Shown here piece after piece: positions 15,411-24,765 of a stretch of DNA of 64,000 bases. Origin of the DNA: an uncultured Verrucomicrobiota bacterium (GTDB lineage: Bacteria > Verrucomicrobiota > Kiritimatiellia > RFP12 > UBA3636); assembly GCA_947169825.1 (NCBI GenBank), contig CAMVRE010000002.1:1248-65247 (forward strand), in the 5' to 3' direction. A program made the position numbers and the translations under genes. Each line of letters begins with the position of its first letter. Position 1 is the stretch's first letter. The notes beneath the pieces are model-generated. The model worked only from the letters and a program-made list of their open reading frames with translations. It did no database searches and was not told the DNA's origin.

Positions 15411-17369
15411 CTAGAGGGAGACTCCGGTGTCGCGCGTCTCCTTGCGGGCGAGGGCGGCGTCGAGCGCGGCGTCCGTCGCGAGCAGGACGGCTCGCTTCTC
15501 GGCGCGCGTGACTCCGGTGTAGAGGATCTTCCGGGTGAGCAGCGGGCAGGCCGCCGAGACGGGCAGCACGACGAGAACGTTGAGATACTGCGAACCCTGG
15601 CTCTTGTGGATGGTGGACGCATAGGCCAGCTCGTGCTCCGGCAGAAGCGCGGTGGAACACGCGACGACGGACTCCCCGCGCTCGAAGACCGCGGTCGGAA
15701 CACCGTCCGCACCGCGGACGACAATGCCGACGTCGCCGTTGTAGAGATGCCGGTCCGGCGTGTTGTGCGTGACGATCACCGGGACGCCCGGCAGGTCGAG
15801 CGGCCGTGGATGCGCCTTGCCGCGCTCCGCGGCAAGGCGCTTTCGGGACAGGCGCCTGTTGATGGCGCGCACGCCGAACGGACCTCCGTGGACGGCGGCG
15901 AGGATGCGGGAGCGTTCGAGCATCTTGAAAAGCGCGTTCGACTTCTCCGTGGCCGGGAACGTGCCGTCCTCGCCGGGAACCGGCGCGCGGAACTCCTTCG
16001 CCGCGCGCACAAGCGCGCCGTCCGCGGCGCAAAGCCCGAAGCGGTCGGCCCAGGCGTCAACCGCCTCGCGGGCGGCCCTCGCGGCCGCCTCCGCGTCCTC
16101 GGGGAGCGTCCGCAGGAAGAACTCGCCCTCCGGGGGCGGGGACTTGGCGTCGAAGCCGTCGGTCCAGCTGTCGCCGTCGCGCCGTGACTCCGGCGCGCGC
16201 AGAACGGCGTCCGATCCGGCGTTGATGCCCTCGGCGGCGTCCTTCAGGCGGCCGTTGAAGCGGTGCGTGTTCCCGAGGCGGACGACGAACGGGGCCTGCG
16301 CCTCGCCGACGAGGTCGCCGAGGATGGCGCCCGTCTCGACGGACGGCAGCTGGTCCGAGTCGCCGATGAGGACGAGACGGCAGTCCCCCGGCAGCGCCCC
16401 GAGGAGCGCCCGCATGAGGGGGACGCCGACCATCGAGACCTCGTCGACGACGACGAGCCGGTGCGGCAGCGGATTGTCCGCGTGGTGCGCGAAGCGCGGC
16501 GCGAGGCCGCCGAGGAGCGTGTGGACGGTCGAGTGCCCGAGGCTCCGCAGCGCCTGCCGCGTCCCGTCGTCGAGCCCGAGCGCCTTCCCGCACTCCTTGA
16601 TGATCGCCTCGCCCATGCGCTGCGCCGCGCGTCCCGTCGGGGCCGCGAGCGCGATCTGGTCGGGGCGGAGCGTCCCCGAGGAGAGCAACGCGCGGAGGAT
16701 GGCGCAGACGATCGTGGTCTTGCCGGTGCCGGGACCGCCGGTGATCACGACAAAGCGGCTGGAGGCGGCGCGCTCCACGGCGGCCCGCTGGTACTCGTCG
16801 AGGTCGAACGTGAAGCGCATGGCGCCCTCGAGGAACGCTGGCGCGACGGGCGCGACGTCGGCAGAGCCGGCCGCGCCGTCGCGGAGGCCCCCCAGCAGCG
16901 CGTTGACGGCGTCCACGTCGCGCCACTGGCGCTGGAAGGCGAGCGTCCCGGGGCCGAACGAGTCCACGACCGGGTCGTGCGCGAAAAGCCCGAGGTGCGG
17001 GGCGGCGAAGGCCTCCCACGCGGAGCGCGCGGCCTTCGCGGCGGCTTTGTTGGCATCATCGTCCTCGTCCGGCGACCAGGCGGCGCGGGCGAGGAGCTCG
17101 GGGGCCGCGGCGGTCCGCAGGAAGGAGCTGCCGCCGTGCAGGGCGCGGCAAAGCGCGGCGACGAGCAGCGCGTGGCCCGCACGGGCCTTGAGCTCCGGGC
17201 GCAGATTCGCCAGGTCGCGGGCGAGCTGGAGGTCGGCGAACCGGATGGCGTTCGTGGAGAGCATCCGGGCGAGAACGGCGCGGACTTCGCGTTCGCCGTC
17301 GCTCCCGGAGGAGGGGATGCCTGCGGCGGCGAGCCGGGCGGAAAGCGTTTCGATCGAGGGCGTGGGCAT
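15411..17369 (-). CDS. recD: Exodeoxyribonuclease V alpha subunit RecD
   Basis: 652 aa. SF1 helicase motifs VITGGPGTGKTT, LAAPTGRAAQRM, LVVVDEVSMVG, LIGDSDQLPSVETG, ASTIHKSQGSQY, LYTGVTRA. Confidence 0.85.
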   Translation of the reverse strand: MPTPSIETLSARLAAAGIPSSGSDGEREVRAVLARMLSTNAIRFADLQLARDLANLRPELKARAGHALLVAALCRALHGGSSFLRTAAAPELLARAAWSPDEDDDANKAAAKAARSAWEAFAAPHLGLFAHDPVVDSFGPGTLAFQRQWRDVDAVNALLGGLRDGAAGSADVAPVAPAFLEGAMRFTFDLDEYQRAAVERAASSRFVVITGGPGTGKTTIVCAILRALLSSGTLRPDQIALAAPTGRAAQRMGEAIIKECGKALGLDDGTRQALRSLGHSTVHTLLGGLAPRFAHHADNPLPHRLVVVDEVSMVGVPLMRALLGALPGDCRLVLIGDSDQLPSVETGAILGDLVGEAQAPFVVRLGNTHRFNGRLKDAAEGINAGSDAVLRAPESRRDGDSWTDGFDAKSPPPEGEFFLRTLPEDAEAAARAAREAVDAWADRFGLCAADGALVRAAKEFRAPVPGEDGTFPATEKSNALFKMLERSRILAAVHGGPFGVRAINRRLSRKRLAAERGKAHPRPLDLPGVPVIVTHNTPDRHLYNGDVGIVVRGADGVPTAVFERGESVVACSTALLPEHELAYASTIHKSQGSQYLNVLVVLPVSAACPLLTRKILYTGVTRAEKRAVLLATDAALDAALARKETRDTGVSL

Positions 17370-17423
17370 GGGAAGGGCGGGGCTGTGGATGGGACGGGGG
17401 TTGCAAGGACGTGTCCGCCGGCG

Positions 17424-20400
17424 TCATTCGACGGCGCAGAGGGCGGCGGCGGCGTTTTCGCGGAAGCGGTCGCGCCAGCCGGGGGCGAAGCGTTCGCGGA
17501 AGACGGCCGGCCCGGCGCCATGCTCGCCGCCGCGGACGAACAGATAGACGGCGCCGCCGAGCTTCTCCTCGCCGCCCAGCCAGTCGGCGACGGCGAGGGC
17601 GTAGAGCCGGTACTGCAGCTTGTAGCCGCAGTCGTCCATCTCGGCCTCGGCGTTTTTCTCGTCGTAGGCGTCCAGGGCGTTGGTTTTCCAGTCGAGGATG
17701 AAGAACTTCCCGCCGCGTCCGGCGCGGAAGACCAGGTCGACGGCTCCCTTCAGGAAGCCGTCGCGTTCCGTGGTCCCGGCCACGTGGCGCTCGTCCGCGA
17801 TGAACGGCACCTCGGCGCGGCGGTCGCCGCGCGCGACGTCGGCGAGGCGGCGCGGGCCGTCCGCGAACGGCAGCGGCGCGCGGAGCGCGGCCCAGGCCAT
17901 GCGGCCGAGCGCGCGTTCGGTCGCGCATCCGTCCGCGCCCACGAGCCTCCCGAGCCCCTCCGTGCGCATGGCGTCGGCGACGAGCTTGCGAAGGGCCTCG
18001 TTGTCGGCCCAGAGCTTGTCGAAGTCGTCCGCGCTTCCGACGGACACGAAGCCCGGGCTGCCGGGTTCGTCCGTGCCGTTGCAAAGCGACTCCATCACAT
18101 TGTGGAACGCGTTGCCGCCGGGTTTTCCGCCCGGAACGGCCGAACCGGGGATGGCGTCGGTCCCGGCGTCCGTGGACTCGATGCCGCCCTCGCGATCCTC
18201 GTCGTCTTCCCGGTCCTCGATTTCCGGTTCCGGCTTCAGGTCCGCGGCCTTGTCGGCGCCGCGATCGTGGAGGGAGGAGAACGAGTCCTTGTGCAGACGC
18301 CGGTCGAAAAGATTCCCGAGACCCTTTCCGTCGAGCAGAACGGGCTCGGGCCCGGCTTCGGCGGCGGCGGCTCCTGCCGCGACTTCGGCGATCGGGGCGT
18401 CGAACGCCTCCTTCGGGTCGGCGGTACCGAGATTCGGTTTGCCTTCGGTGAGGTTCGCGACGGCGGCGGCCGCCTCCTGGACGCCTTCGAAATGCCGCAG
18501 AACCGCCTTGCAGAGGAACCCGTCGCGCAGGGCGGAGCCCTCGCTGCCGATGCCCGACGCGGACGCCTTGGCCGACCAGGGCAGGTAGAGCTTCATGCGG
18601 GCGCGGGTCAGGACGACGTAGATCAACCGCCGTATGTTGCGTTTCTCCTCCTCCTCCGCAAGCTTCTCCAGGTCGCCTTCGAGCGGCTTTCCGTCGATCC
18701 GGAAGACGCGGCGGCGGCGGTCGTCGGCGTCGGTCAGGAGTACGCTGTCGGGCTTGAATTTTCCCGTTGTGGAGACGATCTGGGAGAAGCCGTAGGGGAC
18801 GAAGACGACGGGGAACTCGAGGCCCTTGGAGGCGTGCATCGTCATGATCTGCACGCGGTCCTCGTCGGTCTCGCGTTCGCGCAGCGAGGCTTCGTCGCCC
18901 GCGTCCGCGTCGCCGTCGCGCCATGCGCGGAGCGTGTCGGCGAAGTCCTCCAGGACGAGCGCGGAGGAACCCTTGGCGGCGAGCAGGTCGTCGAGGATCT
19001 GCCGCACGCCGGCGAAGCGGCGGTCGAACTCGCGGTCGTCCGGGCCGCGGGGGCTCCGGAGCGCGGTGTCGAAGACGAACGAGTCGAAGAGGCGGCTCCA
19101 TTTGCGCTCGCCGGCGAGCTTCGTCCAGTCCCGGACGAGCTTCGCGACTTCGGGCGGATCGTTCGAGAGCGCGGACTCGAGCTCGTCGAGGCGGACGCCG
19201 AAGAAGGGCGAGAGCAGCGCCGCCGCGCGAAGGCCGCGGCGGTGGGGGCTGGCGACGAAGTCGAGGAGCGCGAGGACGGACTCCGCCTCGGCCGAGGCGA
19301 AGAGTCCCGGCTCCTTGTAGAAGGTGTGCCGGATGTCGAGCCTGTCGAGCTCCCGCTGGATGTGCCGGGCGTGCTTCTTCGCCTTGACGAGGAAGCAGAA
19401 GTCCCCGGGCTTGAAGCGGGTGCGGACGACCCTCCCCTCCTTGTCCCGGAACACGAACGCTCGGTCGCCGAGGTCCAGGAGGCGGCGGATCTCCTCCGCG
19501 GCGTTGCGGACGAACACGGGCAGGCACTGGTCCTGGTTGCCCCAGCCGGCCTTGGCGTCCGCGCCGGCGTCGCGCAACGCCTTGGGCAGCGATTCGAGCA
19601 GCGTGACGGGGCCGCGCCCGGTGCCGTCCGGGTCGCCGTCGCGGTAGCGCTTCTGGTCTTCCGGGGGCGGCGGATCGACGCCACGGTAGACGATGCGGTC
19701 GCCGTCGTCGCCGTCGGCCCCGCCATCCGGCGCGGCGTCGAACCAGTCCGGATCGGAGAACATGTCGTTGAACGCGTCGAGCAGCTGCTTCGGGCTGCGG
19801 AACGAGAATTTCAGCTTGTGCAGCTGTCCCGTCGCCGGATCCGCGAGCACCTTGCGCGCGTCGAGGTAGGTGCCGACGTCCGCGCCGCGGAACCCGTAGA
19901 TCGCCTGCTTTGGGTCGCCCACGGCGAGAAGCAGGCGGGGGCCGCCGGAACCGTCGGACGGCATCGCGACGGCGTGGCGGAACAGCGTCGAGAAGATGCT
20001 CCACTGCAGGCCGTCCGTGTCCTGGAACTCGTCGACGAGCGCGACGCGGTAGGCCTCGCGCAGCTTGGCGCGGAGGGCCTCGCTCTCCGGGCGCGCGACG
20101 ATGTCCGCCGTCCGGTGGATCATGTCGTCGTAGCTGAGCAGCCCCGCCTCGTCCACGCGCCTGCGGAACGCGGCGACGGCGCGGTCGAACAGGTCGCGGA
20201 GGAAGGCCGCGGAGGCTTCCTCCGCGACGAGGCGACCCGCTTCCGGCACGGACTTGCCGACCGCGTCCGCAAGCTTCTCGCACAGCGCGACCGCCTCGGG
20301 TCGGATATTGGCAAGCCATACGTTTTTGCCCCGCCCGGTCACGATGGGGTTCCGGGCTCCGGCAAGGTCGAAGCGGAGGGACCGTGCGGCGATGATGGCG

Positions 20401-21188
20401 GACTTCCAGTCCCCGCCGTCCGCGAGTCCGTCGCGAAGCGCGGGAAGCCCGGAATAGAGCGCAACCGCGTTGTCCCGGCTATTGCTTCTCAGATCGATGC
20501 CGTCGAGCGCCGTCGCGAGCGCGCCGATATCATCGCCGCGTTCTTCCGCCTCGCGAAACACGCGGCGGATTTCGTCCACTTTGCCGCGGAGGAGGCCCGG
20601 CAGAAGGATCTCGAGCGGCGCGTCCCACTCGTAGGAGCGGAACGCGGCGACGGACTTCGCCACGCGGGTCGCGAAGTCGTCGGCGGACGGACTTTCCGCG
20701 GCCTTCAGGAAGTCGCCGAAGTCCTTGCCCCATGCATCGCGGAAGGCCGTCGAGCGGAGCGTGTCGACGACGGCCGCGCGGGCGATGGCGGCGAGCGCTT
20801 CGGACGCGACGACCTCGGCGGCCATCGGGAGGCCGTTCTCGAAGGCGTATTCGCGCAGGACGCGCTGGCAGAAGGAATGGATGGTGCTGATGGTGGCGTC
20901 GTCGAAGCCGCGAAGGGCCTCCTTGAGGCGCTTCTGGTCGCCCTTGCCGGCGGCGAGCTCCTTCTCGAGCGCGTCGCGAATGCGGTCCCTGAGCTCGCCG
21001 GCCGCCTTCTCGGTGAAGGTGACGAGGAGGATCTTCTCGATCGGGACGCCCTCGTCCGCGACGAGGCGCAGGACGAGCTTCTGGAGCGTGTGGGTCTTCC
21101 CGGTTCCGGCGGACGCCTCGACGATGGCGTCCCTTCCGAAGTCGATCCTGTCCCAGACGGGCGGTTGCGGTGCGTTCCGGTCCGGCAT
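17424..21188 (-). CDS. recB: Exodeoxyribonuclease V beta subunit RecB (UvrD-type helicase plus C-terminal PD-(D/E)xK nuclease)
   Basis: Last 1254 codons of track ORF 17424-24860, starting at MPDRNAPQPPVWDRIDF... Motifs EASAGTGKTHTL and LLVTFTEKAAGELR; nuclease motif GAVDLVFRAGRGGKFFILDWKTN. The start lies 2 nt after the recC stop. Confidence 0.85.
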   Translation of the reverse strand: MPDRNAPQPPVWDRIDFGRDAIVEASAGTGKTHTLQKLVLRLVADEGVPIEKILLVTFTEKAAGELRDRIRDALEKELAAGKGDQKRLKEALRGFDDATISTIHSFCQRVLREYAFENGLPMAAEVVASEALAAIARAAVVDTLRSTAFRDAWGKDFGDFLKAAESPSADDFATRVAKSVAAFRSYEWDAPLEILLPGLLRGKVDEIRRVFREAEERGDDIGALATALDGIDLRSNSRDNAVALYSGLPALRDGLADGGDWKSAIIAARSLRFDLAGARNPIVTGRGKNVWLANIRPEAVALCEKLADAVGKSVPEAGRLVAEEASAAFLRDLFDRAVAAFRRRVDEAGLLSYDDMIHRTADIVARPESEALRAKLREAYRVALVDEFQDTDGLQWSIFSTLFRHAVAMPSDGSGGPRLLLAVGDPKQAIYGFRGADVGTYLDARKVLADPATGQLHKLKFSFRSPKQLLDAFNDMFSDPDWFDAAPDGGADGDDGDRIVYRGVDPPPPEDQKRYRDGDPDGTGRGPVTLLESLPKALRDAGADAKAGWGNQDQCLPVFVRNAAEEIRRLLDLGDRAFVFRDKEGRVVRTRFKPGDFCFLVKAKKHARHIQRELDRLDIRHTFYKEPGLFASAEAESVLALLDFVASPHRRGLRAAALLSPFFGVRLDELESALSNDPPEVAKLVRDWTKLAGERKWSRLFDSFVFDTALRSPRGPDDREFDRRFAGVRQILDDLLAAKGSSALVLEDFADTLRAWRDGDADAGDEASLRERETDEDRVQIMTMHASKGLEFPVVFVPYGFSQIVSTTGKFKPDSVLLTDADDRRRRVFRIDGKPLEGDLEKLAEEEEKRNIRRLIYVVLTRARMKLYLPWSAKASASGIGSEGSALRDGFLCKAVLRHFEGVQEAAAAVANLTEGKPNLGTADPKEAFDAPIAEVAAGAAAAEAGPEPVLLDGKGLGNLFDRRLHKDSFSSLHDRGADKAADLKPEPEIEDREDDEDREGGIESTDAGTDAIPGSAVPGGKPGGNAFHNVMESLCNGTDEPGSPGFVSVGSADDFDKLWADNEALRKLVADAMRTEGLGRLVGADGCATERALGRMAWAALRAPLPFADGPRRLADVARGDRRAEVPFIADERHVAGTTERDGFLKGAVDLVFRAGRGGKFFILDWKTNALDAYDEKNAEAEMDDCGYKLQYRLYALAVADWLGGEEKLGGAVYLFVRGGEHGAGPAVFRERFAPGWRDRFRENAAAALCAVE

Positions 21189-21190
21189 GG

Positions 21191-24100
21191 CTAGGCCCCC
21201 TTCTCCTTGATTCCGGCGATCATCTGCGCGAACCGTTTTCCGGCGATCGCCCGCAGTTTGTCCTCCGGCAGATCCTCCAGATCGCGGACGAGCGTGTCCG
21301 CGAGCGTTTCGACCGCGAGCTCCGACGCGGTCCGGCCGCCGCCTCCGTCCCACTCGGACGGCGGGCTGCGCAGCGCCTTCAGCGTCTCGGGCCAGTCCGT
21401 CTTCGCGAAACGGCCGGCGTCCGGAGCGGGCTTCCCTTTCGCCTTTTCCGGCCACGCCCACGCCTTCGCGAAGTCCGTCCAGCCGAACGAGAAGACATGG
21501 CCATCCGCATCCAGGCGGTCGGAATCCGCGAAGGAGAGCCAGTCGGCCGCGAGGCCGGCGAGGAAGCCGCGGGCCTCGTCCGCCTGCGGCGTCTCCCACC
21601 GCCAGGCGCCGAAGCGTTCGTTCGGCTGCTTTGCGTTCAGGTTGACGACCGCGACCCGGAGCGGCGGCGGCGCCTTGCCGTCCGCGCAGGCGGCGAGCCA
21701 GACGAGCAGCGGCCCGGCCGCGACGTCGGGCGCCAGGACGGCATCCGAATCGAACTTGCGGAAGAAGAGCGCCGTCGCGGCCGTCTCCGTCCCGGCCGGC
21801 GGATACCAGGCCGGCGTGTCGCCGACGAAGCGGAAGGAGCGGGTTCCGCCCGCCGTGGCGACATCGATCGAGGGACGGACGCGCAGCGGCTCGGGCGTTC
21901 TCGGCCCCGCCGCGCGAAGGCCCGTCCGGCGCAGCGCGTCGAGCCAATCGCCGAGCGTCGCCTCGTTGCCGAGCGAGCGGCCCCGTTCGTAGTCGCCGAG
22001 GAAGCCCTCCGGCGCCGCGGCGCGGCGCTGGAGTCCGGCGAACAGCTCCCTGGCCTTCGCGGCGAGCGCGTCCGCGTCCGGCTCCACGGGCTCCGAGAGG
22101 AAGAACGAGGCGAGCTCGCCCTGGACGCCCCAGAAGTCCGGTCCGTAGGAGAGCGAGAGCGCAGGATCGTCCGCCGGCGCCTTGTCCTGCCAGCCCTTCC
22201 TTTCGATGCCGAACCGACGCGAGAGGATCGCCTTGAGCGGATCCGCCAGGAACTCGGCGAGGTCGCGGAGGCGGATGTCCCCGGATTCGGCCCCTCCGGC
22301 TCCGCCGGACCGGATCGTCGCGAAGCGCGCCGGCGGCGAATCGAGGCCGGCGCGGATGCGGGCCGCCTCGCGGATCTCGGCGCGGTAGGTCGGGAGCAGG
22401 CCCGCGAGCGGGCCGTCCCGGACGGGATCGGGCCTGCACGTGCACGCCGGGTCGCTTTCGAGGAGCGGGATGTCGGCCGCGGGCAGCGGGCCGCTCCCGG
22501 GCGGCAGCACGTTCTCCTCGACGAACCGCCTCAGGTCCCGGACGACCGAGCAGGGGAAGAGGTCCGCGTCCTTGCGGAGGTCCTTCGAGACCCAGGAGAG
22601 GACGAGGCGGTCGCGCGCGGCCATGAGCGTCTCGAGGAAGAGGTAGCGGTTGATGTCCGGCATGCGCGCGTCGCCCACCGCGCGGCCGAGGCCGCGCAGG
22701 TCGAGCGTGGAGTCGGATACGGTCCCCGGGAACCGCCCCTCGTTGAGCCCCAGCACGAAGACCTGGCGGAACGGCACGGGGCGCATCGGCTGCAGCGAGG
22801 CGACCGTGACGCCGCTCGTGAGGTAGCCCCCGCGGCGCGAGGGCATCGCGCCCACGAACTGCTCGATGCACTGCGCGACGAACGGCAGGCGCAGCGCGCC
22901 GAAGCCCTCGAGCGAGCGGAGGGTCGAGAGGACGGCGCGGCGGACGGCGGCCTCGAGCTTGTCGTCCGGCGCGACGGCAAGGAACCGGGCGGCCAGCCGC
23001 TCGACGGCCTCGAGCCAGCAGGACGGATCCTTCCCATCGCCCGCGAACTCCGCGACGGCCGGCAGCGCGGCGCGGTCGCGCAGCGGCGCGAGGGACAGGA
23101 AGAGCTCCTCCACGATCTCGGGGAAGCGCAGGTCCTCCCCGTCCGCGCGCTCCGGCAGCGGCAGCGGCGCCCCATCCGCGCCGGCGGCCTCCTCGGCCAC
23201 GGCGGAGAGGCGCAGGCGCGAGAGCGCGTAGTCCCAGGTTCCGTTCGCCGCGTCCGCGAGGCCGTGGGCCTCCGCGTCGGCCGCGTCGAACCAGCGGAAC
23301 GCGCCGGTCTCCTCCGCGCGGTCGCGCCAGGCGCGGAGGTCGTCCGGCGAGAAGCGCAGCGCGCGCTGCACGCAGGGGTTCGCCAGGACGTCGAAGATCG
23401 CCGAGCGCGAGAGCCCCCCGGCGGCGAGGCGGAACAGCGCGAGCAGGCCGCGCAGCAGCGCGCTGTCCTGCGAGGCGGCGCCGTCGACGAGCCCGTAGGG
23501 GATCTGCCCGCGGCCGTCGAACACCTCCTCGATCACGGGCCTGTAAGTGGCCATGTCGGGGACGAGCACCGCAATGTCGGAGAAGGTGGGGCCGTCCCCG
23601 CCATCCGCCTCGCCGGGCCGCCAGACCGCGCCGAGGATCGCGTTGTAGACCGTCTCCACCTCCCGTCGGACGCTTTGCGCCTTCACGAGCTGCAGCGAGG
23701 CGTCCGGGGCGACGCGCCGCAGCTCCGACGTGCGCGTTCGCACCGACGACTGGACGGTCGAGAGCACCGTCGGCTCGCGGACGTCCGGCGCGGGGTCGAG
23801 CGCGCGGATGTCCAGACTCACGTCGCGGTTCTCCTCCTCGAGGTCCACCAGCAGCCGCATCGTCTCGCGGCCGGCTTGCCCCCAGGCGGAAAGCAGCTCG
23901 TTGTCCGAGCCGATGTCGCCGGGATCCGTCGCGCCGGCCTGGCGCGCGCGCTCCCACGGCGATTCGATGTCGCCCCAGTATTCGAGGCAGACGGTGAGGT
24001 GGTAGAAGACCACCGCGTGCGTCTTCGCGAGCCAGTGGAGAATCCGGGCGTGGAGCAGCGAGAGGGACGACTGGCCGAAGAAGAACAGCGTGCGCGCGGG

Positions 24101-24760
24101 GCCCTGGGGCGGATTTGCGCGGACAAGGTCGAAGAGCTGGCGCAGGGAGGGGTTCTCCGCGCCGGCGGCCGCGGGAAAGCGGCCGCCTTCGCCGAAGAGG
24201 GCGCGAGCGAGCGAGCGCTCGGCGCGCTCGACGGCGCCGGCGGGCCCGGACGAACCGCCCGCGAGCCACTCCGCGACCATGTCGGGCCGGCGCAGGTCGT
24301 ATTCGCCCGAGAGCGTCGCGAGGCGGTCGGAAAGCTGCCAGAGCTTGCGCGCCGCATCGTCCGTGTCCGGCGCGAGGGGCTTCCCCGGCTTCGCCGCCGG
24401 ATCGACGTAGCGGCGCAGCGGCGCGAGGTCGGGGTCCCTGCCCTCGACCAGCAGCCGCGCGATCTCGTTGCGGAGGCGGTCCCCGGGGAGCAGCGCCTTG
24501 GGGCGCCGATCGGCCGGGACGTTCTCCGAGAGGACGTTGAAGAGCAGCTTGTCGAGGAACGGGAACTCCACACCCGCGGCGAGCGCCGGCTCGTCCGCGA
24601 ACGCGCGGACGCGGAGCCAGTTTTCGAGGTTGCGGTTCGGAACCGCGACGGGCGCGGAGTCGAACGGGTCGTCGACGGCTTCGTTGCGTTCGCGCAGCCG
24701 TTTCTTCAAATCGGCGGCCAGATCGGCGACGCGGTCGGAGTAAAGGATGGAGAGCGGCAT
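21191..24760 (-). CDS. recC: Exodeoxyribonuclease V gamma subunit RecC
   Basis: Track ORF 21191-25234, trimmed to MPLSILYSDRVADLAADL... (ATG 24760), 5 nt after the sbcDC stop. The N-terminal pattern (VAVPNRNLENWLR, GVEFPFLDKLL) and ~1190-aa size are typical of RecC, as is its position before recB-recD. Confidence 0.8.
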   Translation of the reverse strand: MPLSILYSDRVADLAADLKKRLRERNEAVDDPFDSAPVAVPNRNLENWLRVRAFADEPALAAGVEFPFLDKLLFNVLSENVPADRRPKALLPGDRLRNEIARLLVEGRDPDLAPLRRYVDPAAKPGKPLAPDTDDAARKLWQLSDRLATLSGEYDLRRPDMVAEWLAGGSSGPAGAVERAERSLARALFGEGGRFPAAAGAENPSLRQLFDLVRANPPQGPARTLFFFGQSSLSLLHARILHWLAKTHAVVFYHLTVCLEYWGDIESPWERARQAGATDPGDIGSDNELLSAWGQAGRETMRLLVDLEEENRDVSLDIRALDPAPDVREPTVLSTVQSSVRTRTSELRRVAPDASLQLVKAQSVRREVETVYNAILGAVWRPGEADGGDGPTFSDIAVLVPDMATYRPVIEEVFDGRGQIPYGLVDGAASQDSALLRGLLALFRLAAGGLSRSAIFDVLANPCVQRALRFSPDDLRAWRDRAEETGAFRWFDAADAEAHGLADAANGTWDYALSRLRLSAVAEEAAGADGAPLPLPERADGEDLRFPEIVEELFLSLAPLRDRAALPAVAEFAGDGKDPSCWLEAVERLAARFLAVAPDDKLEAAVRRAVLSTLRSLEGFGALRLPFVAQCIEQFVGAMPSRRGGYLTSGVTVASLQPMRPVPFRQVFVLGLNEGRFPGTVSDSTLDLRGLGRAVGDARMPDINRYLFLETLMAARDRLVLSWVSKDLRKDADLFPCSVVRDLRRFVEENVLPPGSGPLPAADIPLLESDPACTCRPDPVRDGPLAGLLPTYRAEIREAARIRAGLDSPPARFATIRSGGAGGAESGDIRLRDLAEFLADPLKAILSRRFGIERKGWQDKAPADDPALSLSYGPDFWGVQGELASFFLSEPVEPDADALAAKARELFAGLQRRAAAPEGFLGDYERGRSLGNEATLGDWLDALRRTGLRAAGPRTPEPLRVRPSIDVATAGGTRSFRFVGDTPAWYPPAGTETAATALFFRKFDSDAVLAPDVAAGPLLVWLAACADGKAPPPLRVAVVNLNAKQPNERFGAWRWETPQADEARGFLAGLAADWLSFADSDRLDADGHVFSFGWTDFAKAWAWPEKAKGKPAPDAGRFAKTDWPETLKALRSPPSEWDGGGGRTASELAVETLADTLVRDLEDLPEDKLRAIAGKRFAQMIAGIKEKGA

Positions 24761-24765
24761 GTCTT